Shown: positions 21,100-31,276, counted from the first letter of the stretch. The stretch is 45,393 nt of DNA from an uncultured Candidatus Saccharibacteria bacterium (GCA_965231055.1 OZ246411.1:798500-843892); one strand, 5' to 3'. The notes: a model not told the origin generated them from the letters alone. Made by a program: numbers and translations.

Positions 21100-22173
21100 T
21101 TATTTTTTCCTGTTTTTCTCAGCCATCTCCCCCATTTTTATATTATTATCCGTATGCTTTCTAAAAATATCTTTTGAAATCACAACAAGGGCAGCGACAA
21201 CAGGAACGGCTACGATCATTCCAAGCACACCGGCCAATTTTCCTCCAATAAGTAGAGCTATGATAACTAGAATCGGATTAACTCCAACTGCTTTCTGCAT
21301 AACCTTTGGCACCAAGAGATGGTTTTCCAATTGCTGAACAATGACGTAAAGAATCAAAACAAACAATGCCAATATAGGTGATTGTACAAATGACAAGAAT
21401 AAAGCAGGAATAATAGAAATAATAACTCCGATAATTGGTATGATTTCCAATAATCCAGCAATAATAGCAAGCACCAAGGCATATTCAACTCCGATAATTT
21501 TTAATCCAATATATGTCAAAACTCCCACTATCAACATTAGTAGCAATTGCCCTCTGAGCCAAGCACCCATTTTTTCTTGCAATCTGTTAACCAATCCAGA
21601 AATATATGGCTGATATTTTCCAGGAGTAAATGTCATTACAAATTTCTTGACTCCTTTTTCTTGAGCTATGAAATAAAAAGCAAGAACAAAAACAGTTATG
21701 GCATAAAATATTCCTCCGAAAGCTCCAGAAATAGCTCCATAAATTCCCGAGACACTCTGAGAAAACTGCTGACTCAGGGACTGGAGAGCTCCCTGCGCAC
21801 TATCAATAAGATTATACTTTATTGAAAAAGTTTTGATTCTAGCGAAATCATCAGAAAACTTTTCGTAAAAATCAGGAAGCTTTTCGCTAAGATTGCTAAC
21901 CTGAGTTGCTATTGGGGGTATCATGAGCCACACAACAGCAACTACAACCGCCAAAATCAACACAAAAAACATCGCTGTACTAAGTGCTCTAGGAACACCT
22001 CTTCTTGAAAGAAAATCAATCCATGGATCAATAGCAGATGCGATAACGGCAGAAATAAAAATACCAGCAAGTATTTTGCCTATTGAATACATGAAAACAA
22101 GCACCAATGCAATCGCAACTATCTTTAGAATAGTTTGGGTAGAAATATCAATTGTGATCTTCTTATTTTCCAT
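21100..22173 (-). CDS. AI-2E family transporter
   Basis: Multi-TM; WLRGQL, LEIIPIIG, QQLENHLLVP, GMIVAVP. Confidence 0.92.
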   Translation of the reverse strand: MENKKITIDISTQTILKIVAIALVLVFMYSIGKILAGIFISAVIASAIDPWIDFLSRRGVPRALSTAMFFVLILAVVVAVVWLMIPPIATQVSNLSEKLPDFYEKFSDDFARIKTFSIKYNLIDSAQGALQSLSQQFSQSVSGIYGAISGAFGGIFYAITVFVLAFYFIAQEKGVKKFVMTFTPGKYQPYISGLVNRLQEKMGAWLRGQLLLMLIVGVLTYIGLKIIGVEYALVLAIIAGLLEIIPIIGVIISIIPALFLSFVQSPILALFVLILYVIVQQLENHLLVPKVMQKAVGVNPILVIIALLIGGKLAGVLGMIVAVPVVAALVVISKDIFRKHTDNNIKMGEMAEKNRKK

Positions 22174-22211
22174 GTTTTAGATTATAAAATAAAATAGTTA
22201 TTTTAGCAAGT

Positions 22212-22808
22212 TTAGATGATTTTTTGCATTTCGTTAAAACTCAAGGGCTTGGCCCAGTTTCTCAATGGCACATTGGCCAAAAGATACTTTTTCGATGCCT
22301 CATCTCCCGAATAAACATCGGTCGCCTCTGACAATATTCTTACTTTGTATCCTCTGAAATCTAGCTCCTGAGCGCAGGAAAGCACGCAGCAATCAAGAGT
22401 AAGTCCAAACAAAACGATATCTTGAGATTCCTCGGGAGATCCAATTATTTGAGATAGCCATTTATCAAAAAGCTTGGGATCCTGATATGGAAATCCGGGA
22501 ATGGCATTTTTTATGCCTATATTATCTCTCACCCAAATGGGAGAATTCATGCACTTTATCCAAACAGAATCATTTTTTATTTCTGCAAGAATTTCTGATT
22601 CAAAACCAATGGTGCCAGGAACACAAACATTGCCGGTATCGTTGCGCGGTTGTCTGTAATCTGAAACAATCTCAGCTATTTTTATCTGTTTTTCGGTAAA
22701 ATATGGAATCAGTGTTTTTTTCACAAACTCAACCGAGGGTCTATCTTTATAGCAAGCCCCACCGACCATGGTAAAATCTTTTTGAAAATCTACAGATATG
22801 ATTTTCAT
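22212..22808 (-). CDS. Isochorismatase-like cysteine hydrolase
   Basis: VDFQKDF (Asp), IK (Lys), GLTLDCCV (Cys), RGYKVRILSEAT. Confidence 0.85.
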   Translation of the reverse strand: MKIISVDFQKDFTMVGGACYKDRPSVEFVKKTLIPYFTEKQIKIAEIVSDYRQPRNDTGNVCVPGTIGFESEILAEIKNDSVWIKCMNSPIWVRDNIGIKNAIPGFPYQDPKLFDKWLSQIIGSPEESQDIVLFGLTLDCCVLSCAQELDFRGYKVRILSEATDVYSGDEASKKYLLANVPLRNWAKPLSFNEMQKII

Positions 22809-22820
22809 CCGTAAAATAAA

Positions 22821-24086
22821 TTATTTTAGTTTTTGAATTGTTTTTTTGATTTGATTTTGATCTACCGGACCAACAACCGCAATACTGAGCTTATTGAAAT
22901 CAAATATTTTTTGAGCAGCTTTTTTTATATCTTTGCTACTCACTTTCATAATTGACTCTATCTCTTGCTCTACTGTTTTCGGTTTGGATTCATACCTTGC
23001 CGACTCTAGATATCTTGCAGCTAGATTTTCTGTATCTTCAAGCTCAAGAATCGTTCTTCCTTTATAAACTTGTTTTGCCACTATGAGTTCTTTATTTGAG
23101 ACCAATTTATCCGAAATCTTTTTAAGTTCATGAGCTATTGCAACTATGGCTTCATTTATTCTGATATGATCTATTCCGGCATGCACGATAAAGCTACCAG
23201 CTTTTTCGTATTCAGCATTCATCGTCCTGATGTAATATGCAAGTCCTCTTTTCTCTCTGACCTCAATAGCCAACCTAGAACCCATAGTAGAGCCCAATAT
23301 CACATCTAAAAGCCTTATAGCGTGAAAATCTTCGTCCTCGTGCCCATCCGTAGGAAACCCTAGCGCTAAGTTAACCTGTTTTGTATTTCTTTTATCCACC
23401 AAGACTCTAGGACTAGAAAATTTATCAAAATTCTCAATTAAATCATTTTTATCACCACATCCATTTTCACCAAAATACTTTTTCACTAGTTTTCTAATAT
23501 TCGCTTCTTTGAAATTACCACTAACCACAACAATTCTGTTTTCTGGATTATAGTGCTTTGCTATGTAGTTTTTTATATCTACTCTTTTTGTATTGTCTAG
23601 CGTTTTATAGTCGCCTGCTATATCTCTAGCTAGGGGGCTACCCTTGAAAACTAATTGCTCATAAAGCTCCAAAACATGTCTCTGGGGCATGTCGTAATAC
23701 ATTTTTATTTCTTCTTTTATAACCTTACGCTCTTTATCTATTTCATTTGCTGGAAGAGTTGAGTTTTTTAGAACATCAGCTATCACATCAAATGCCTTGG
23801 CCTCATACTCACTATCAGATTTAATGAAATATGCGGTCATCTCTTTTCCGGTAAAAGCATTGTAAACGGCACCAATACTATCAAGCTCTTTTGATATTTC
23901 TATAACTCCTCTTCTCTTTTTTGTTCCTTTAAAAATCATATGCTCAAGGAAATGAGAAATACCTGCATGTTTTTCTTCTTCATTTTTTGAACCAACACAA
24001 AAACCAACCATCAAAGTAAATGATTTTATTCCTTCTACGGGCAAAAGAATAACCCTGGTTTTATTTTTGAGAGAGTAAATTTTCAT
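22821..24086 (-). CDS. M16 family zinc peptidase (pitrilysin-like)
   Basis: GISHFLEHMIFKGT, NAFT, SRL..EVREKRGLAY. Confidence 0.95.
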   Translation of the reverse strand: MKIYSLKNKTRVILLPVEGIKSFTLMVGFCVGSKNEEEKHAGISHFLEHMIFKGTKKRRGVIEISKELDSIGAVYNAFTGKEMTAYFIKSDSEYEAKAFDVIADVLKNSTLPANEIDKERKVIKEEIKMYYDMPQRHVLELYEQLVFKGSPLARDIAGDYKTLDNTKRVDIKNYIAKHYNPENRIVVVSGNFKEANIRKLVKKYFGENGCGDKNDLIENFDKFSSPRVLVDKRNTKQVNLALGFPTDGHEDEDFHAIRLLDVILGSTMGSRLAIEVREKRGLAYYIRTMNAEYEKAGSFIVHAGIDHIRINEAIVAIAHELKKISDKLVSNKELIVAKQVYKGRTILELEDTENLAARYLESARYESKPKTVEQEIESIMKVSSKDIKKAAQKIFDFNKLSIAVVGPVDQNQIKKTIQKLK

Positions 24087-24089
24087 ATC

Positions 24090-25100
24090 TTAGATTAATA
24101 ATTTATCGTCTTCCATAATTTTTTTGCCATCAGCAAAAACAGAACTTTTGAATCCTAAAGCATCAAGATGAGTAGTGCATTTGAAAGCACCCTTGTCATT
24201 TAAGGAATGGGGACTTCCGAGAGCCATGTGTACACCAACCTTTTTTTCATCAACAATACTATACCCTGTCATGGCAGTCACCGAAGAATTTATTCCTATA
24301 GCAAATTCACCTATTCTATTGCTATTTGAATCTATACTAAAATAACTTTCAAGATCTTTACGCAAAAGATCATTGCTGGTAATAATACCCTCCAATCTAC
24401 CCTCCTTCAGAATAAGCCTAGGGTGTTCGTCTTTGAAAATCCCATATCTCCCAGAGAAATAAGATCCAAACTCAGCAACAGCGTATTCTCCATCAGCGCT
24501 CATCGGTAATATTTCGAGCTCACCATCTGGTAGATTTCCCCACTCGCCCTGATTTCTATATTTTCCGCTTTCAACATGCCAACTACCGCCTGGATATAGA
24601 TTTATATCTAGATTGGTACCAATTTCGGAAGTAATTTTTAGACTCTTGACTTTGTCCAAGATCTTTTTCAGCTTCACTCCGTACTCATACATATCAGAAT
24701 AATCTATTCCAACCGTTTTTATAAAAATATCTTGGGGCACAGCTAGTAGGTGCACAAAACGCGTTTTTTCCTTACTAGCCAGTAACTCATCAATAAGTTC
24801 ATTTCGAAAAGGCTCCTCGCCCGCAACTTTATCGAAATAATTGATAGCCACCGTGGGCTTGAATATTTTTACATCCTCAACCAATTCACTAACAAGATTT
24901 AGGAGTGGTCTTTTTCCATATTTCTCAAGAACCAGAACCATCACGTTTTTTGTTTTTTCTCTGGCTTTTTTTACTATCATCTGCACCACTGATGCATTGC
25001 GCTCGTCAGATATAACCAAAAGACGATCTTTACTCTCAACGTTTAGACTGAAATTAACGATATTATGAACTGCGTATTCTAGCGTGGGTTTTTTCTCCAT
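24090..25100 (-). CDS. M29-like (thermophilic) aminopeptidase
   Basis: GTNL, NLPDGE, IGEFAIGIN, DEK..GVHMALG, HLD. Confidence 0.85.
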   Translation of the reverse strand: MEKKPTLEYAVHNIVNFSLNVESKDRLLVISDERNASVVQMIVKKAREKTKNVMVLVLEKYGKRPLLNLVSELVEDVKIFKPTVAINYFDKVAGEEPFRNELIDELLASKEKTRFVHLLAVPQDIFIKTVGIDYSDMYEYGVKLKKILDKVKSLKITSEIGTNLDINLYPGGSWHVESGKYRNQGEWGNLPDGELEILPMSADGEYAVAEFGSYFSGRYGIFKDEHPRLILKEGRLEGIITSNDLLRKDLESYFSIDSNSNRIGEFAIGINSSVTAMTGYSIVDEKKVGVHMALGSPHSLNDKGAFKCTTHLDALGFKSSVFADGKKIMEDDKLLI

Positions 25101-25133
25101 TTGTTTTAGTTATTGGGATATTACCCTTGGCTC

Positions 25134-26453
25134 CTATATTTTTAGAGATTTTACTATCTTTTCTTGATACGAAAGTTTTGACATATCAGAATACTTTTCT
25201 GAAAATCGCTCAGCTCTTTGCACATCACCAGACTCACATATGTCACATAACTCATTTATGATTTCCACCAGTTTTTCGGAATAATCCTTGCTAAAATCAA
25301 AATCCAGTTTTCCGTTTTCAACTTTCAAAATTCCACTTTCCAAAAATATGGAAAACACGCAAGCAACTTGCAGGATATAATCTTTTCTCCACTCAATCCT
25401 TGAAGCTAAGAAAATATCATGAAACTCATGTGCAACCACGGCGCAGATGAAATTTTGCATGTTTTCCTTGGAAACAAGATTTAGTTCGCAAAATTTTTGC
25501 ATCATCCACAAACCGATCAAAGTAGCTTTGCACTCTTCCATTTCTGAGCCAAATTTTCCTATCGTATTGTCCGTACTAATCCTGGGGAAAAAATTGTGAC
25601 CTATTTCATGGCTAGCTATAAATCTAAAACCAGAAAAAATATTCTCTTTGTCAAATATCTTGCTTGCATTATCGTTAAAAATCGCTTCCACTATTTTTGT
25701 TTGTTCATTTCTAGCCTGACTTTCTATAACCTCAGCAAAATACATAATTCTCCTGCCACCAGGATAATTGGTGTTGGGAGAAGCCCATCCCCTAGTGCCA
25801 CCAGCGACTTGATGTTCGCTCGCGAAAATTCTTCTGTACGCAGACATGCTAAAATCTTTTGTACTAAATCTGATACTTCTGTGCGGAAAAGATCCATTTA
25901 TCTTTTCCGAATAGCTCATTACATCATTCACTACTCCCGAAGCTTGATCATCTCTAACCATCAAATCTATAACATAATTACCTTTGAGTTTAAATTTTGC
26001 ATCGCTATAAACTTCCTCCCAATTCACAACCAGGTTCAATGGAAAATCGTGTGTATTTAGCCACTCTTTTTGCATCTCATACATATCTTCAATTTTGGGG
26101 CTCGAGAGTGCCTTTGCGATTGATCTAAAATAGGCTCTATATTTTTCTGGAGCTTCATTTGCTATATTTTCTAACTCCGCAATAATAGGATCGAGTTCTT
26201 CCTTGAAAAATTCTGAATAAGGTATTGCTTTTATTCCACTATCTCCCCTAATCACAATAGTATCTACTCTTAATAAATCCTTATCATCTTTGGCTAACTC
26301 AAAAAATTCTTCATCAGTCATGTTGGAAGGATATAGTTCGGTTTCTTTCTGCTTGATTTCTAATTTTTCAAAAGGCTTTTTAAGCTTTTTAAGCTTCTCA
26401 ACTAACTCAAGCTCTTCTTTGGGAAGCTTGTTTAATAAAGTATCTAAGTCCAT
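25134..26453 (-). CDS. M49/dipeptidyl-peptidase III-like metallopeptidase
   Basis: AIPYSE.F, HEIGH plus downstream EECKA motif. Confidence 0.75.
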   Translation of the reverse strand: MDLDTLLNKLPKEELELVEKLKKLKKPFEKLEIKQKETELYPSNMTDEEFFELAKDDKDLLRVDTIVIRGDSGIKAIPYSEFFKEELDPIIAELENIANEAPEKYRAYFRSIAKALSSPKIEDMYEMQKEWLNTHDFPLNLVVNWEEVYSDAKFKLKGNYVIDLMVRDDQASGVVNDVMSYSEKINGSFPHRSIRFSTKDFSMSAYRRIFASEHQVAGGTRGWASPNTNYPGGRRIMYFAEVIESQARNEQTKIVEAIFNDNASKIFDKENIFSGFRFIASHEIGHNFFPRISTDNTIGKFGSEMEECKATLIGLWMMQKFCELNLVSKENMQNFICAVVAHEFHDIFLASRIEWRKDYILQVACVFSIFLESGILKVENGKLDFDFSKDYSEKLVEIINELCDICESGDVQRAERFSEKYSDMSKLSYQEKIVKSLKI

Positions 26454-26491
26454 TTTTTAAAGATTAACACTATTACTTACAAATCTGTGGC

Positions 26492-27877
26492 TTATGCCAT
26501 CAATCTTTTAAATAATTCCTCAACTATTTTTTCTTTGGGAATCCTCACCTGTTCCATCGTATCTCTATCTCTGATTGTCACGGTATCATTTTCCAAAGTT
26601 TCATGATCAACCGTAATGCAATAAGGAGTTCCTATTTCATCCTGTCTTCTATATCTCTTTCCCACACTTCCTTTTTCATCATATTCAACCATGTAACAAT
26701 CTTTGAGTTTTTCAAAAATTTCTCTTGCAACCTTGGTGATGGATTCATCTTTGAGTAGAGGAAAAATCGCAGCCTTGATAGGAGCAATACTCTTTGAGAA
26801 TTTCATGACAACTCTTTTTCTATCGTTAACATCTTCTTCTGTATACGCTTCGCTCATCACAGCCAATGCCGCTCTACCTATACCACCCGAAGTTTCAATA
26901 ATATAAGGAACTATTGATTTATTTGTTTTTGAGTCAAAATACTCAAGTTTTTTTCCGCTGAATTTTGCATGCTGGGTAAGGTCGTAATTGGTTCTATTAT
27001 GAACTCCTTCAAGTTCTTTGCGTCCAAATGGGAAATCGTATTCTATATCCCAAGCATCCGCAGCATAAAATATTCTCTCATCATCTTCGTGGCGTCGCCA
27101 ATGCAACTTACCCTCATCTATTCCCAATTCTTTGATATACCAGTTCATTCTTTCTTGTTTCCAAAATTCATAATATTTTTTGGAATCCTCTGGTCTCACA
27201 AAGTATTGAAGATCCATTTGCTCAAACTCTCTTGTGCGATAAATAAAATTCTTTGTGGTAATTTCATTTCTGAATGCTTTTCCTATTTGAGCGATTCCAA
27301 ATGGTAGTGCTGGATGATTTGAGTCCATAACTGGCTGATAATCTACATAGATATTCTGACAAGACTCCCCCTTTAAATATACTTTTTGCTTTTTGCCTTC
27401 AACCGCACCCACCGAAGTCTCCATAAGTAGGTTGAATTCTTTCACATCGCTTCCCAATTTCCCTCCACAATTTTCACATTTCGTAGTTCCTACTTTGTGA
27501 ATAATCCATTGTCCGCTTTTGTTATCTTTTTCTACATGCCATCCTTCCAGCTGATCTGCTCTAAATCTTTGCTTGCACTTACTACATTCAACCAAGGGAT
27601 CTGTAAAACTAGCAATATGTCCTGATGCTTCCCAGATTTTTGGATGCATCAAAATAGCGCCATCAATCCCCATGACTTCTTCTCTGCGCTGAACTATATT
27701 TTTCCACCAAGATTCTTTGATATTGCGAATTAACTCTGAGCCGTATGGACCGTAATCATATACTGCGGAAAATCCTCCATAAATCTCAGAACTTGGATAA
27801 ATAAAGCCTCTTCTTTTTGAAAGAGATATGATTTTTTCCAATTTTTCGCTATCTTTTTCAGTCATTTTTTTTGACAA
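26492..27877 (-). CDS. glyQS: Glycine--tRNA ligase (homodimeric type)
   Basis: KRRGF.YPSSEIYGG, YDYGPYG, GKAFRNEIT, RTREFEQM, GKRYRRQDEIGTP; alternative ATG at 27865. Confidence 0.96.
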   Translation of the reverse strand: MSKKMTEKDSEKLEKIISLSKRRGFIYPSSEIYGGFSAVYDYGPYGSELIRNIKESWWKNIVQRREEVMGIDGAILMHPKIWEASGHIASFTDPLVECSKCKQRFRADQLEGWHVEKDNKSGQWIIHKVGTTKCENCGGKLGSDVKEFNLLMETSVGAVEGKKQKVYLKGESCQNIYVDYQPVMDSNHPALPFGIAQIGKAFRNEITTKNFIYRTREFEQMDLQYFVRPEDSKKYYEFWKQERMNWYIKELGIDEGKLHWRRHEDDERIFYAADAWDIEYDFPFGRKELEGVHNRTNYDLTQHAKFSGKKLEYFDSKTNKSIVPYIIETSGGIGRAALAVMSEAYTEEDVNDRKRVVMKFSKSIAPIKAAIFPLLKDESITKVAREIFEKLKDCYMVEYDEKGSVGKRYRRQDEIGTPYCITVDHETLENDTVTIRDRDTMEQVRIPKEKIVEELFKRLMA

Positions 27878-28014
27878 AGTTATATACTAAAAAAACACCT
27901 AAATACAATATAAATCTACAATAAAAAGCTACTTAGGTCAACCAAAGCATTTGATCTTATGCAGTAAAGTAAAAAGTGATATAATATAAATAGATCAAAA
28001 ATTAACAAAACCAA

Positions 28015-28491
28015 ATGGACACAACAGAGAACCAAGAGATAAAAAGTTCACTGATTTTAATGGCTGAAAACGAAAACAGAATCGCTAAGCTATATGAATC
28101 ATATGCATCCAAGTTTCCAGAACTAAAAACTTTCCTTGATCATATTATCAAAGAAGAGTATCAACATGAGTTGTGGCTAAGATCACTAAACGAGCACTCG
28201 AAAGAACATAAAATAAACATCATAGAGAATAGATTTGACTCAAATGCTATTAAGCTTTTTTCAGGGTATTTAGATGACTGCATATCTAACGTAAAAAATA
28301 TCAGCAAATTAGAAGCATTGTCTACAGCGCTGGATACTGAAAAAGCATTAATAGAAAGAAAGTATTTTGAAGTAATAGATGCTGAAGACAATAAAGAAGT
28401 ACAGAACACTCTCAATAAGCTAAAAGAACAAACGGAAGAGCATCTTTCACAAATGGAAAAGATGCAACAGCAGGAAAAAGCTAATACTTAA
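28015..28491 (+). CDS. Ferritin-like/rubrerythrin-family protein
   Basis: E..IAKLY...EEYQH...ALDTEK...EEH four-helix di-iron pattern. Confidence 0.7.
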   Translation: MDTTENQEIKSSLILMAENENRIAKLYESYASKFPELKTFLDHIIKEEYQHELWLRSLNEHSKEHKINIIENRFDSNAIKLFSGYLDDCISNVKNISKLEALSTALDTEKALIERKYFEVIDAEDNKEVQNTLNKLKEQTEEHLSQMEKMQQQEKANT

Positions 28492-28520
28492 TTGAAAGTG
28501 ATCTCGAAATCTAATCAACT

Positions 28521-28543
28521 AAAAACCCCGAGAAGGGGTTTTT
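28521..28543 (+). terminator. Intrinsic terminator
   Basis: AAAAACCCC-GAGAA-GGGGTTTTT. Confidence 0.75.
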
Positions 28544-28609
28544 ACATAGCTAATAAATACAGATCCTTACCATCCTCATCATCCTCTCGTATCCTCATTA
28601 ATGTGACAA

Positions 28610-28667
28610 TTGACACACAAAAAAATTAGGTATAGTCTATAGCAAATAGTGCTCTCTAACAAGGAGG
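28610..28667 (+). promoter_or_regulatory. Promoter, boxA-like motif and SD of orphan gene A
   Basis: TTGACA-N17-TAGTCT; TGCTCTCTAACA; AGGAGG. Confidence 0.7.
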
Positions 28668-28672
28668 TTTTC

Positions 28673-29275
28673 ATGAGGCGATTTGTATGGTTTGTTTTAT
28701 ACATTTCATTGTCGATCATAGCGAGACCCCAGATCTACGCAAAAGAACCAGAACCAGACCTTGAAAGAATCAATTTCTCGGGATGGATCAAGGTGGTAGA
28801 TGAAACTCACCTTAAGAGTTTCAAATATTTTGAACACAAGATCTGGGAGACCAAGAACATCCGAATGAAACTCCATCCGAGAAGCGTAATCACCCAGGGA
28901 GAAGAAATCACAATTGGCAGACAAAAACCGTTTGCACTATCATTCTCCTACTTTAATTCAGATATTTCTTCCGGAGATGCTCATCAGCTAAACGAAGTTC
29001 TCGCACTCGGAGATTCTCGAATTCGAGATGACGGCACAAAAGAAATACAGATCGTTAAAACCGTCATAAGAACAACTCGCGTACCCATCAGGGGAACGAT
29101 CACCAGAAAACCACTCCATAGTGTAGGTGCATGGACATCGGTGGGAGGAAAGATTATCATCACGCGAACAATAGACACTCCATTCAATGTCCATGACTCC
29201 AAGAATTCAACAATCATCATCGAGCTCATCGATTTCGACGAATCAACTGTCACAATCAAGATATCAACGAATTAA
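28673..29275 (+). CDS. Secreted hypothetical protein A (paralog of 29401-30045)
   Basis: Signal-peptide-like N-terminus from ATG 28673 after AGGAGG; shares SGW, SRIR.DGTKE, PIR, ELI.FD with next gene. Confidence 0.75.
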   Translation: MRRFVWFVLYISLSIIARPQIYAKEPEPDLERINFSGWIKVVDETHLKSFKYFEHKIWETKNIRMKLHPRSVITQGEEITIGRQKPFALSFSYFNSDISSGDAHQLNEVLALGDSRIRDDGTKEIQIVKTVIRTTRVPIRGTITRKPLHSVGAWTSVGGKIIITRTIDTPFNVHDSKNSTIIIELIDFDESTVTIKISTN

Positions 29276-29284
29276 TTCTTTCGT

Positions 29285-29331
29285 TCTCTCAAGAGCTATG
29301 GCAAGTTGTCATAGCTCTTTTTTATTTGACA
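29285..29331 (+). repeat. Terminator plus -35 junction repeat, copy 1
   Basis: TCTCTCAAGAGCTATGGCAAGTTGTCATAGCTCTTTTTTATTTGACA. Confidence 0.85.
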
Positions 29332-29400
29332 AAATTGGATACAATGATTAGCCTAAAAACAATACTAAACCGTTCATTACACAGAAAGGATTGGTGAGTT

Positions 29401-30045
29401 ATGAAAACTTTGGTTTTGTGTGCGCTCCTGTTCTGCATGATTCTTTCAACCCAAACCGCATTTCAGCAAGAAAGCAACATACCATCCACAACACAGATAA
29501 TTCGTGAAAACTGTTCCGGATGGGTCAGAATCGACACGAAGGAAGACGTATGGACACTCAAAGAAAACATGAATGCCAGAAGCACGAACACCGCAATGAA
29601 AGTCACAATTAAACCAGAGAAGCTCTTCCCTGGAGATAAAATTGAAAAATTTTGTCGATTCAAAACACTGGCTGCCTGCATACTCCATCTTCACAATTCA
29701 ACACTCCCGGGTAATACAAATTTCCAAACAATATTAGAAACTATCACCCCTGGAGCATCGAGAATAAGAAAGGATGGTACAAAAGAACTGGAATTGGTAT
29801 GGACTGTAACTGAAGACAGGGAGTGGATATTAAAAATGCCAATCAGGACGCAAGATGCAAGATCAAATTACTGGGTAGCCGAAGGGGAAACGATATTCAT
29901 ATCTCCAATGTTTCCATCAGCGGGTTTCCAGCAGAATCCTCTCTATGATGCACTATTGGAATTCGAACTCATCGGCTTTGATGTTAATAGCCTAGAAGCC
30001 AAAATAAAAGCCCATGATGTTTTCCCTCAAATAGCTCCACCATAA
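29401..30045 (+). CDS. Secreted hypothetical protein B
   Basis: Signal peptide MKTLVLCALLFCMILSTQTA; motifs shared with protein A; upstream TTGACA-N17-TAGCCT and AAAGGA. Confidence 0.75.
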   Translation: MKTLVLCALLFCMILSTQTAFQQESNIPSTTQIIRENCSGWVRIDTKEDVWTLKENMNARSTNTAMKVTIKPEKLFPGDKIEKFCRFKTLAACILHLHNSTLPGNTNFQTILETITPGASRIRKDGTKELELVWTVTEDREWILKMPIRTQDARSNYWVAEGETIFISPMFPSAGFQQNPLYDALLEFELIGFDVNSLEAKIKAHDVFPQIAPP

Positions 30046-30060
30046 TAACATCACCCTTGC

Positions 30061-30106
30061 TCTCTCAAGAGCTATGACAATGGTCATAGCTCTTTTTTAT
30101 TTGACA
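30061..30106 (+). repeat. Terminator plus -35 junction repeat, copy 2
   Basis: TCTCTCAAGAGCTATGACAATGGTCATAGCTCTTTTTTATTTGACA. Confidence 0.85.
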
Positions 30107-30168
30107 TAAAAGCTTTTAATCGCTAGCTTGAATACAAAATCAATGTTCTTTCTAACAAGGAGGTTTTT

Positions 30169-30630
30169 GTGAAAAATTACATGCTAATGGCTGCGTACTT
30201 TGGATTTGCACTGATTACACTGTATTGCGTAATTCAACTAGCACACACATATGATCAAAGCAAGGATGCACAAGCCATTGTTTGCAATGAAAGCCAGGGA
30301 GTATGCATCCAAGGTTACGGCGCCAGATTCAAACACGGAACGATAAAAAATGAAACAGATCAATCCTTTGTCGTAGTATCTGAAAACAATGCAAGCCCAA
30401 TCGTTTTGAATCCTAGAACTGTTTTGAAAATTCAAGTCGCATATGGCAGATTCGCATTTTTTGAAAAAGGCAATATGTCGTATCCCAAATTCGAGCTCGA
30501 ACCCAGGTTCGGAGCAAGACTGGGAGAAGACATGTTTCACGAAAAACCACCGCTAGAATATCAAATGTATATCGTGATGCTTTTCATCTGCATAGCATTC
30601 ATATCAATAATATACAAAAGCTTCAGATAA
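30169..30630 (+). CDS. Hypothetical membrane protein C (N- and C-terminal hydrophobic helices)
   Basis: GTG after AGGAGG; upstream TTGACA-N17-TAGCTT. Confidence 0.7.
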   Translation: MKNYMLMAAYFGFALITLYCVIQLAHTYDQSKDAQAIVCNESQGVCIQGYGARFKHGTIKNETDQSFVVVSENNASPIVLNPRTVLKIQVAYGRFAFFEKGNMSYPKFELEPRFGARLGEDMFHEKPPLEYQMYIVMLFICIAFISIIYKSFR

Positions 30631-30693
30631 CTAGCTACAACCAAGATAAAAAAGGCCCCGCAATAAGCGAGGCCTCCTTTTTTACTAAAATCC

Positions 30694-30879
30694 CTAGTTC
30701 TTATGCTCTATATGATCTCTATGAGAACCGCAACAATCCTTTTTATTGCTAATCAGAATACTTATTCCAATAGCTATAAGTATGGCTGGCCAAAACCAAT
30801 TTACACTCTCTGGAATAAATCCGAGACTCTGCATTAACCAAGAGACACCTATTACTATGAATATAATTCCCCAAAACAT
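30694..30879 (-). CDS. Small two-TM protein (LiaI/LiaF-like TM, DUF5668-like)
   Basis: MFWGIIFIVIG...WPAILIAIGISIL. Confidence 0.7.
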   Translation of the reverse strand: MFWGIIFIVIGVSWLMQSLGFIPESVNWFWPAILIAIGISILISNKKDCCGSHRDHIEHKN

Positions 30880-30901
30880 ATATTTTTATTAATAATTAGA
30901 A

Positions 30902-31276
30902 CTATTTTTTCCAAAGACCATGAATATTGCAATAAGCCCTCGCCTCAACTTGATTTGCCGAAATACAAAATTCAGCTTCTGGTTTCATGCCTGATTTCAA
31001 TTCAGCTCTGTAAACAATACCATCAGCTATAAGTTCAATCCACTCTATATAATGCTCCTCTTCCATAGGATGTTCTACTTTTCCAATCTTAACTTTGTAT
31101 CCCTTGTTTGTGTGTTCCACAACCGGAACATGCTTTTCTAGCCCTTCATCGGTATTTTTTTCGTTTTGCAATACCATTGGTTTTCCACAACAAACTAATT
31201 CCCCCGCACCATCATGCAAAACCTCAACTATATTTCCGCATACTTCGCATTTGTACACTCCTTTTAATTTTGTCAT
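30902..31276 (-). CDS. dfx: Desulfoferrodoxin (2Fe superoxide reductase)
   Basis: YKCEVCGN...LVCCG; EKHVP; [12 protein letters not shown]; YCNIHG. Confidence 0.95.
   Translation of the reverse strand: MTKLKGVYKCEVCGNIVEVLHDGAGELVCCGKPMVLQNEKNTDEGLEKHVPVVEHTNKGYKVKIGKVEHPMEEEHYIEWIELIADGIVYRAELKSGMKPEAEFCISANQVEARAYCNIHGLWKK

Noticed and set aside
27878-28014. T-box leaders for glyQS (also checked hisS and metG)
   Set aside because: No UGGNACC antiterminator or terminator structure found upstream of these genes.
29285-30106. Two 46-47 bp repeats as a CRISPR array or integron attC sites
   Set aside because: Only two copies, separated by a whole gene; no cas or intI; no RYYYAAC/GTTRRRY ends; explained as terminator plus -35.
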